64,000 bases of DNA from a virus. Position numbers and translations under genes: made by a program. Location: the IMG/VR virus record IMGVR_UViG_3300028588_000016, positions 1 to 64,000 of that record; one strand, given 5' to 3'. Of this stretch, positions 47,853 to 56,200 are shown one piece after another. Position 1 is the first letter of the stretch. Each line of letters opens with the position of its first letter. The notes beneath the pieces are model-generated. The model did not search any database. It had not been told where the DNA came from and saw only the letters and a list, made by a program, of their open reading frames with translations.

Positions 47853-48094
47853 ATGAAATTAGAGTAATATACTTTTACGATACGGGTGGTAAAGAACACT
47901 TGCTTAATACTAACTGGTGGTATGACTACGATTGTGTTAAAATGCAAATTGTAGTAAACGCTGTGACTGTTTACGACAGTAAAGTAAAAGGTGACGAAAT
48001 AGGAGAAGCATATGCATTTATAGAAGGCTTCTTATTTGCAGCTAAGAAATTGTTAACTTTCCACAGTCATGCGGATTATCGTCAAGCAGTATAA
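47849..48094 (+). CDS. hypothetical protein
   Basis: ATGA coupling. Confidence 0.6.
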   Translation: MNEIRVIYFYDTGGKEHLLNTNWWYDYDCVKMQIVVNAVTVYDSKVKGDEIGEAYAFIEGFLFAAKKLLTFHSHADYRQAV

Positions 48095-48240
48095 TGACAG
48101 TATACGTTGTAATTAAAGATTTCGACTACGATGGACAAGAGATATATGGAATATACTCTAGTCGCAATAAAGCCGAACAAGAAAAACCAGAAGATGATTT
48201 AGCTACTTATTATATAGAATCACATATACTTGACGCCTAA
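48094..48240 (+). CDS. 48-aa phage protein (not in ORF track)
   Basis: TAATG coupling; MTVYVV..DYDG..IYGIYSS..KAE pattern. Confidence 0.65.
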   Translation: MTVYVVIKDFDYDGQEIYGIYSSRNKAEQEKPEDDLATYYIESHILDA

Positions 48241-48502
48241 TAAATCACAAGAATTAGATCTAAGCGATTTAGGCTTAGACTTTAATGTATCAGATGAAGA
48301 AACAGCCCAGAAATACATGGAGTTTCTTCAAAGCAAATTAGAAACAGTTAACGCTGAAAATGATGAAATGCTTAAAGCTGAGGTAGCTAGAAGGGATGCT
48401 ATGATTGACTCTTTGCCGAGAGCACAACGTAGAGCATTCTTGAAAGACTCAGCTAAATTTAGTGACAGAATTAAAAGACAAACAAACCTACATTCAAAGT
48501 AG
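48230..48502 (+). CDS. hypothetical coiled-coil protein
   Basis: ORF track entry; start uncertain. Confidence 0.55.
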   Translation: MTPNKSQELDLSDLGLDFNVSDEETAQKYMEFLQSKLETVNAENDEMLKAEVARRDAMIDSLPRAQRRAFLKDSAKFSDRIKRQTNLHSK

Positions 48503-48505
48503 AAG

Positions 48506-48820
48506 ATGAAGAAACAGCTGAAGAGAGTAAAACTTTTATCTGTAAACGCTGAAGGCGAATTACAAATTCACAAGAGGAGAGTAACTATCCCTCAAGTAAA
48601 GTCTCCTAGAGACAAGCACTTTTTAAACATTGATCCCGCTAAGAAAGAAATATTCTGGGATCTTGATAAAAAGATAGCTAAGAAAGTAGCTACTTTCAGA
48701 AAGCTAGTAAAGGAACACGCGACCTTATTGAAACGCGAGCATAACCGTATTATGACCAATGCTGAAAACAATGTTTACAGTTGGTTTAATAATGCAATAA
48801 CCACAACAACTATCGAATGA
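48506..48820 (+). CDS. basic hypothetical protein
   Basis: K/R-rich ORF. Confidence 0.6.
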   Translation: MKKQLKRVKLLSVNAEGELQIHKRRVTIPQVKSPRDKHFLNIDPAKKEIFWDLDKKIAKKVATFRKLVKEHATLLKREHNRIMTNAENNVYSWFNNAITTTTIE

Positions 48821-49239
48821 GTAATTTATCATTATACACCACAGGTGTGGCTCTGGGGAATCAAGTAAAAGAACATTTAACCATAGCTGCCGAAGCTCAC
48901 GATGCATTAGTTGCATTAGTCAATGGCAATGACTTAGATATCACTTTAAGGTTCGAGTTGTTCGAAGAGCAATTAATGCCTAATCCGGAAATGACCTATC
49001 TCTCTAGAGATGAGGTACCTACTTTTATTGCTCTATTGCTTGAAAGATTGGGTCCAAAAGAATACTGTTATTCTTATGAAGATCTGTTAACTTTAGAGGT
49101 TGAAGAGGTTTTGGAAGAGTACGGAGAGGAATCTCCAGACGAATTATTAATTGCGCAAGCATATAATTCGGATTCTGTAAATAGAATTAAAGAGTACATC
49201 ATTCAGAATAATCTAAACGAATTTGTAGTTTTAGATTAA
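48817..49239 (+). CDS. acidic hypothetical protein
   Basis: ATGA coupling. Confidence 0.65.
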   Translation: MSNLSLYTTGVALGNQVKEHLTIAAEAHDALVALVNGNDLDITLRFELFEEQLMPNPEMTYLSRDEVPTFIALLLERLGPKEYCYSYEDLLTLEVEEVLEEYGEESPDELLIAQAYNSDSVNRIKEYIIQNNLNEFVVLD

Positions 49240-49358
49240 TGTCTGATTGTCTAGTTATAGCCGTATTCGTACCATCATTTTTATTGATGATATGGGTACG
49301 GCTTTATATTAATATTAAACGTTACGATGCAATTAACACTCGATACACAGAGAATTGA
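49239..49358 (+). CDS. 39-aa single-TM peptide (not in ORF track)
   Basis: TAATG coupling; LVIAVFVPSFLLMIWV. Confidence 0.55.
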   Translation: MSDCLVIAVFVPSFLLMIWVRLYINIKRYDAINTRYTEN

Positions 49359-49794
49359 ACAGGATGTGTCTTTACCTAAATGTATCATTGTAGATATAGA
49401 CGGAACTGTTGCACATAAAGGAGATAGAAATCCTTTTGATTGGTTTAATGTTGGTCTTGATACTCCTGATGAAAACACACTTCGTTTAATTGCTGAGCTC
49501 TCTTATCCCTATAAGATATTCTTTGTTTCTGGTAGAGATGAGATATGTAGAAAACAAACCGAAAAATGGTTAGAGTTAAACTACATCATAGCTTTCGGTG
49601 GTACTTATGATAAATTATACATGAGGCCTCAAGACAACTACGATAAAGACGTATCTATTAAGAAAGCGATATATGAAGCTTATTTTAAAGATAAGTATTA
49701 CGTTGAGTATTGTTTCGATGATAGGGATTGCGTAGTAGCTTTCTGGAGAGAATTAGGATTTAAAGTAGCACAAGTAAATTATGGCGATTTTTAG
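49327..49794 (+). CDS. HAD phosphatase like the 3'-phosphatase domain of T4 polynucleotide kinase
   Basis: DIDGTVA, SGR, LYMR, K, FDDR..VV..WR.LG..V.QV. Confidence 0.85.
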   Translation: MQLTLDTQRIEQDVSLPKCIIVDIDGTVAHKGDRNPFDWFNVGLDTPDENTLRLIAELSYPYKIFFVSGRDEICRKQTEKWLELNYIIAFGGTYDKLYMRPQDNYDKDVSIKKAIYEAYFKDKYYVEYCFDDRDCVVAFWRELGFKVAQVNYGDF

Positions 49795-49906
49795 ACAAAG
49801 CTTAAAAGAATTAGCTTTCGTAAGCTTTTTAGTTCTTATAGCAACAATTGCTGGAGTTACAGCAGCTTGCTTTCTTATTGACATATTCACTTCAATTTAT
49901 CATTAA
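49781..49906 (+). CDS. 41-aa single-TM peptide (not in ORF track)
   Basis: LAFVSFLVLIATIAGVTAACFLI; stop 1 nt before the next ATG. Confidence 0.55.
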   Translation: MAIFRQSLKELAFVSFLVLIATIAGVTAACFLIDIFTSIYH

Positions 49907-49907
49907 T

Positions 49908-50156
49908 ATGATAACAGCAGAAGAAGCAAGAAAGAAACTCTCTACAGAAGCTAACATAGCTTTAAGTAAAGAGAAAGACTACATCGAAAGAGAAGTGAAC
50001 AAAGCAATTGCTGCAGGTAAGAACTTAGTGCAAACTAAGAAATTAACTGAAATAGCAATTGTATGGTTGAAGTCCTTGGGATATTCAGCAAAAAATAAAA
50101 GTAGTTACGACTGTCGTGATCAATTCAGTGAGGATTGGTGCGATATAAACTGGTAA
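49908..50156 (+). CDS. hypothetical protein
   Basis: MITAEEARK; ATG at 49908 preferred. Confidence 0.65.
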   Translation: MITAEEARKKLSTEANIALSKEKDYIEREVNKAIAAGKNLVQTKKLTEIAIVWLKSLGYSAKNKSSYDCRDQFSEDWCDINW

Positions 50157-50159
50157 AAC

Positions 50160-50615
50160 ATGGCAATAAAATTAAATAGAGGAAATAGAGTACCTATCTA
50201 CAAAGCTTTACAAGATTTATGGATTCAACAATTAGACGTTCAAGTTGGTGATGAAATGGTAGTAGTCTTAGTTGCTGACACATTTGAATCTGATCTCAAT
50301 CTGTATGCAATTACAGATCGTGAAAATATAAGTATAAGTGAGTATGCTACAGTACTTTCAATAGCAGAGGATGGTGTTGAAATAACTTGGTCAGAAAGCG
50401 GTGAGAGTTATACTATGAAAGTAGCTTTCTGGTACTTAGAACCTACAGGTCATAAAGGTGATATTGTAGTAAAAGAAATCACTAGTGATTACGACGCTAT
50501 CGTTACAAACGGTGAAGAAATTATTGTGGGTTGTCAGACTATCAGTTTTGATATGTTTGACTCAATAGCTAAAGCAGTAGAAACTGTGAGGTTGCGTAAA
50601 TCAGAACAAAAGTAA
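50160..50615 (+). CDS. hypothetical protein
   Basis: ORF track entry. Confidence 0.65.
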   Translation: MAIKLNRGNRVPIYKALQDLWIQQLDVQVGDEMVVVLVADTFESDLNLYAITDRENISISEYATVLSIAEDGVEITWSESGESYTMKVAFWYLEPTGHKGDIVVKEITSDYDAIVTNGEEIIVGCQTISFDMFDSIAKAVETVRLRKSEQK

Positions 50616-50729
50616 ATGAGCATAGCTATTGGAATATTCGTATTCTTCGTAGTAGGCGCAATGGTATTCATTTACCTTTGTGCCAACTACTTTAGAGCAA
50701 TATTAGAGTATTACTTCGGAGGAGAATGA
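50616..50729 (+). CDS. 37-aa single-TM peptide (not in ORF track)
   Basis: IAIGIFVFFVVGAMVFIYL; ATGA overlap with the next gene. Confidence 0.6.
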   Translation: MSIAIGIFVFFVVGAMVFIYLCANYFRAILEYYFGGE

Positions 50730-51052
50730 AAGTATCTTTCGAATATTTAGAAGTTCTTGAAAAGACTGTCTATCAACGGCTAGCGAGAGCTTTAGTCGAA
50801 GCAGGTGTAGATGTTTATGTTATAACAGACGCTGAACCTACTGAAAATAATATTGCTACGTTATTAGCTATCACATCGTTTTGTAAGATTGATCAAACTA
50901 AAATACTGTTTACTGATGGTGCGTACGCTGCTACTATAATTAAACAGTTAAGAATTGATTTACATTACGAAGATAGACCTGATCACGTACGCGTATTACA
51001 ATTATTAACAAATACTAAAATAGCAAGTCCAAGGTTACATGATAGATCTTAG
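50726..51052 (+). CDS. degenerate HAD-like protein
   Basis: VYVIT, HYEDRPD; lacks a clear motif I. Confidence 0.5.
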   Translation: MKVSFEYLEVLEKTVYQRLARALVEAGVDVYVITDAEPTENNIATLLAITSFCKIDQTKILFTDGAYAATIIKQLRIDLHYEDRPDHVRVLQLLTNTKIASPRLHDRS

Positions 51053-52262
51053 AAGAGAATGGTTCGTTAAAGAACTTAAAAAAATGTCAGGTGTAGAAAT
51101 ATACCTAGTAGGAGGTTGCGTTAGAGATAAAATCTTAGGGTTAGATCCTAAGGATTTAGACATAATGGTAACCGGTATTAGTATGTATGAATTACTTCAA
51201 GTTCTTGAAAGATTCGGTGATGCTAAGTTAGTGGGTAAATCGTTTGGAGTTGTTAAATTCACAGCTACTGAACCAGTAGCTTACGGTAAAACAATAGACA
51301 TCGCTTTACCTAGAATCGATATTTCAACAGGAACCGGTCATAAGGATTTTCAAGTTATTGCCGGTAAAGAGGTTAGTTTAGAACAAGATTTAGGTCGTAG
51401 AGACTTAACTATTAACGCTATAGCTATGACTCTTGATGGTAAAATCATTGATCCTTACGATGGTAAAGTAGATATCGACGATGCGATTCTTAGAGTTCCT
51501 GTTAGTACTAAAATCTTCATGGAAGATCCATTGAGAATGTTACGCGCTATTAGATTTTCAGCAAGATTTGGTTTTAGGATAGAACTTTATTTAGAAGAAG
51601 CTATACAAGAACAACATGACAAGATCAGGAAGATAAGTAGAGAACGGATTTATGAAGAAATCAAACTCGCATACGAACAATGTGAAAGTAATGAACAATT
51701 AGTTGATTACATCAGTATGTTAAGGAATTGTTTCTTTATGGAACTGTCGATGCGAGCTGAAAAACTAAGATTTCAGAGACACGCACATCTTACTTTCGTT
51801 GAGTTTATGGTACTACTTTATCCTGAAGGATTACCTTTTAGCGCATTAGACCGTATTGCAATACCTAATGAAGTGATTAACGAAATGAAGGTAATGTATT
51901 TATTGGCTGAAGCAGACAACGCTACACTAGAAGTAACTAAACGTTTAACTGTATTAGAAGCTTATAAACTAACTGACGAAATTGATTGTGAGACTTTTCC
52001 AGACTTAATCTATATCGTAGAGGAGTTTGAGAAAGGTATCTTGCCTAAAAGTCGTAAACAGTTAGCCATGAGTGGAGAATCATTCGCGTTCGAAGTCAAA
52101 AATCGTACGCCTGCTGCTCTATTTAAATCTAGTCACATTAGTGAACACATGGATAAAGTACTGAAACTAATTGTTAGTGGAATGCTTGAAAACACCGTAG
52201 ACTCCATTACTTGGTATCTAAACCAAGAACTTGGAGAACTGCAAAAGTTCTATCTCGATTAA
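51039..52262 (+). CDS. CCA-adding enzyme / poly(A) polymerase family nucleotidyltransferase
   Basis: YLVGGCVRD, DLDI, DLGRRDLTINA, EDPLRMLRA.RF, ERI..E. Confidence 0.9.
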   Translation: MIDLRREWFVKELKKMSGVEIYLVGGCVRDKILGLDPKDLDIMVTGISMYELLQVLERFGDAKLVGKSFGVVKFTATEPVAYGKTIDIALPRIDISTGTGHKDFQVIAGKEVSLEQDLGRRDLTINAIAMTLDGKIIDPYDGKVDIDDAILRVPVSTKIFMEDPLRMLRAIRFSARFGFRIELYLEEAIQEQHDKIRKISRERIYEEIKLAYEQCESNEQLVDYISMLRNCFFMELSMRAEKLRFQRHAHLTFVEFMVLLYPEGLPFSALDRIAIPNEVINEMKVMYLLAEADNATLEVTKRLTVLEAYKLTDEIDCETFPDLIYIVEEFEKGILPKSRKQLAMSGESFAFEVKNRTPAALFKSSHISEHMDKVLKLIVSGMLENTVDSITWYLNQELGELQKFYLD

Positions 52263-52273
52263 AACCTATTACC

Positions 52274-52313
52274 GCCCTACATGTCCTAACGGATGTGTGG
52301 GGCTTATTTTTTT
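52274..52313 (+). terminator. intrinsic terminator
   Basis: GCCCTACATGTCC-TAAC-GGATGTGTGGGGC then TTATTTTTTT. Confidence 0.85.
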
Positions 52314-52319
52314 GTTACG

Positions 52320-52351
52320 TTTGTACAGTCGTGTAATATTGTGTATATTTG
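52320..52351 (+). promoter_or_regulatory. Bacteroidota housekeeping-type promoter
   Basis: Perfect TTTG-N20-TATATTTG. Confidence 0.75.
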
Positions 52352-52372
52352 CAACTTATAATAGTTACAATA

Positions 52373-53182
52373 ATGGAAGAATTTAATATAACACCGGAAC
52401 AGAAACTAGAAAACTATCTAGCTTACAATCCAGATTTTGCGGTGTACCAACCGGCATACGCACCTACACCAACAATGAACATAGATATGGACGAAGATGT
52501 TGAAGAGTCAAGTTTTATGAACTCGCTATTCTCTAATAATAAACCTGCTTTATTTACCAAAGCTCCGCCTACTGATACTACTCCTGCGTCAATTCTTGCG
52601 CCACCTGCAAAAAGTAAAGCAGTTAGCATAGTTGACCGTTTAAATGAAATGAAGAAAAAAGCAGATGAGAATGTTATGAACTATCCTATGCTTAATACGT
52701 TTACTTCTACTAGCTTTAGAGGACTAGGAGATAAATTGGCTAAGGCTGAATCAGATGGAATGGGAGGATATAAAGCACAAAGTACTAGTTCATCTGCTGT
52801 AGGTAAACATCAGTTTATATGGGGAAATGAGCAAGGATTACCTAAATCTAAAGGTGCTACTGCTTGGGGTAAACAGATAATGGACTATACTGGTTTAAAG
52901 TCTAAACAAGAGTATCTAAACAATCCTCAAGCACAAGAGAAATGGTTTGAACATTACGCTAAGACTACATTGGATCCACAGATGCGTGAACTTAGAAAAG
53001 AGTTTCCTAGAGCCACAATCAATGATGATGACTTAAGAGCTTTAATTCACTTCAGAGGACCAGGTAGAAAAGATGGCTCAAATGGAGCTAGAAAGATGTT
53101 AAAAGACTCTGCTCAAATGAGTATCAAACAGGAACAAAATAATATGACCGCTAAAGGTTACTTAAAGAAAATTAACTCGTAA
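52373..53182 (+). CDS. lysozyme-fold (muramidase/transglycosylase-like) protein
   Basis: KAESDG.GGYKA..SSAVGKHQF; Pro/Thr-rich N-terminal linker; ATG at 52373 after the promoter. Confidence 0.65.
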   Translation: MEEFNITPEQKLENYLAYNPDFAVYQPAYAPTPTMNIDMDEDVEESSFMNSLFSNNKPALFTKAPPTDTTPASILAPPAKSKAVSIVDRLNEMKKKADENVMNYPMLNTFTSTSFRGLGDKLAKAESDGMGGYKAQSTSSSAVGKHQFIWGNEQGLPKSKGATAWGKQIMDYTGLKSKQEYLNNPQAQEKWFEHYAKTTLDPQMRELRKEFPRATINDDDLRALIHFRGPGRKDGSNGARKMLKDSAQMSIKQEQNNMTAKGYLKKINS

Positions 53183-53187
53183 ACGAG

Positions 53188-53227
53188 AAAAGCCCATATG
53201 ATTAAGTTCATATGGGCTTTTATTTTT
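53188..53227. terminator. bidirectional terminator
   Basis: Perfect 14-bp AAAAGCCCATATGA/TCATATGGGCTTTT stem between convergent genes. Confidence 0.9.
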
Positions 53228-56200
53228 TACTTTGCTTGTCCAGCTATATCAGTTATTGTTCTACCGATACCCGCATTACGAATAACGGTTTTAAACGAAC
53301 TGTCTCCGGTTAACAAACCAAATACATCTTCTGTAGTTTTAGTAATAGTACTAACTGTAGCGGCTAACGATTTAGGATCAACAGCAGCTTTAATGTTAGC
53401 CCAAGGATTTAAATCAGAAGTAGAGTTAATGGCTGCATTTAATACTGTTGCAGACATAGGACTATCTTTCTTCAATTCTCCCCAATCAATTAAACCTTTT
53501 AACATTAAACTAATTAAAGCAAACATCATTAAATCGTAACTCATCATTTTAAAGTTACCTTTAATAGTTTCATCTTGTTTTAAGAAGTTAAACAAGTCTT
53601 CAATTGATCTATCGCTTTTCTTAAACTCACTATAAGTACGAACTATAGATTGATACAATCCTTCCATAAATCTACCTTTCCATGCCATATAAGGTACATC
53701 AGTAACTTCTGTGGTGTATTCAGCAATTCCTTTATCATCGTATCTTAAATATAGTAAAGAACCATCTAAGTCTTTCGCGTGTTCCCAAGAACCTACTTGA
53801 TATTTATCTCCGGCCATAGTATATTGTTGCTTCTTAGCAGTTAACCATGTACGGAATTGAGCGAATAAACTACCTAATAAAGTATGGTGAATCATAATCT
53901 TGTTCTCATGGTCAAATGGACCGTGAACATAATCAGAAAACATCTTTAAAGACTGTTGTTCTTGAGTAGTATAAGCTCTAGGTAAAGCATCTCCTTCTTG
54001 AAGTTGTACTCCGTTTAACATAGAAGAATCTTTATTATGTTCTGCTAAAACAGCAAGATATAAAGCTCTTTGCTTATTGTAATTAGGAGAACTCTTTCTC
54101 CCAGCAGCATAATCAGCAAAACGTTTATCTTTCTTCCAATCATAAACTAATACACCGTCAACCATAGAGTGAGCATCGAAAGTACCGTCTTCCATCATTT
54201 GAGCTACGAATAAAGACATCCTGTTTAAATAATCAGGAGCACCAGATGCCCAAAGCATCCAACGTGAATGCCATTGTGTAAAACCTTGTTTACTCTGTAC
54301 CATCTTCTCAGCAAGTTGATGTCTATCCATATTCGCTACACCATATAAGTGATTCAACTCTTCAATCATTGTAACGTTATTAAAGAAATCTGGAGCATCA
54401 CTTATAACATAATTAAGAGCTTTTCTATAGTTAGCCATAGATGCAGTGCCTTTACCGTATTGATCGGCCATTAATTTAATAGCGTTGTTTATTTGACCTT
54501 GTAGAGTTTCCTTAACTAAGTTTAAAGGACTTAAACCTAGTTGAAAAGTAGTAACTAAACCTTTAGCTAAACCTACATAAGGAGCTACTTTCTCATGAGC
54601 TTCTTCTAAAATCTTCTCATCGAATACTGCTACCTTAATATAATCTCTGATGAAATCATCAATATTTACTAAGTTCTTATTGACAAATCCTTTACTTATA
54701 AGTCGACTAGTAACCCTAACAGCGTGTATTAAAGGTAATACTTCATCGTAAACTTGTTGCCTTATACCTGTAAATACTAATTGACCTAAGATTAATTCTA
54801 AGTTAGTATCAAAATCAGATAAAGGTTTCTCGTCTATAAGTCTTTGTCTAGCTTCTGGATTACCATTGAAATTAAACGTATTATGGAAAGATAACATATC
54901 CTCAGAAGCTTTCTTATTCTTAGTTTGTTCTTCTTCGAATATATGGTGAAAGTTCATAGCATTCTTCCATTTATCTTGAACAGCGTCTAAGAAGCTTTTA
55001 TTATGTGAACGAGATACACTATTAGCTCTCATTAGAGGTACTTGGAAGTATTCTCCACTAGCTTTAGTTTCGTTCTCGTCTTTATTAGGACGTAAGTAGT
55101 TATTAAATGTAGTTAATAAAAACTTAACAAACTCTCTTTCTTTAGGATCAAGTTGTGAGTTAGCTTTATATGGATCTTTTAACATAAAATCTTTATTGAT
55201 TTTACCATCAGCATCTCTAACATATAAGTTATCAAAAGCAGATAAATGATCACCTGCTAACATACTTACGTTTTTATATTTATAATATTCAGCAAACTTC
55301 TTACGAGCAGCTGCGTTAAACTTAACATAATTATCAGACATGGCCTGCATCGCTACCTTAATAGGTCTAAGTGACGCATTGATTGCACTACTAGCAGACT
55401 GTAATTCTGTAGGAGTAGAACCCATTTTAGAACGGTTAAGAGCAACGTTATTAATATCGTCTTCCGGTCTGATATTCATATCTTGCAAACCTATAATAGT
55501 AGCATTCAATAAAGAATAAGCCATACCACTAGGGCTATTGTAATCAATATTATTGATATCAACGTTCTTATTCTTTTGCCACATACGTTGAATGTCTTTC
55601 AACTTACGTAGCTTTTCTGCACGAGATTCTTTTGCCAAACCGTCTTTAATGTCGGCAATCATAGACAATTCATCTCTATCTACAGACTCATCTTTTAAGA
55701 TGTGAACTACTTGTGAAAATAGTAAATTCTCAAAACTAGACTTCTTTACTTTGTCTAAGTTATAAGTATTACCTGTTTTCTTCATTAGTTCTTTATAGTT
55801 AGCTAATAAAGAATCGCTATCTAATGCAACCATTCCCATATCGTGACCAGGGTTCATCACTCTGATTAATCCTATGGAATTACCGGCAGCGTTGACTGTT
55901 TGATAGTTATTGTTTAAGAAGTTAAGAATCTTTAATCCAATAAAGTTAGGTTCAGTAGCAGCAAGTGGTGTAAACATTGCCTCTTGTTTTAAATAAGAGT
56001 CACCGTAAAACTTACCTAGTAAAGTAGTACCTTTTGTTAACTTCTTAACCTCTTTAAGATTTAAATTAGTAGTTGCAACAAATTCAAGTACTCCACTATA
56101 TTTATCTTTAAATACTAAGACACCTTCACCAGTTAATTCGGGTACATCTTGAATTTCCCAAGTACCGTCCATGTAACGACTAAACGCTGTACGTAATAGT

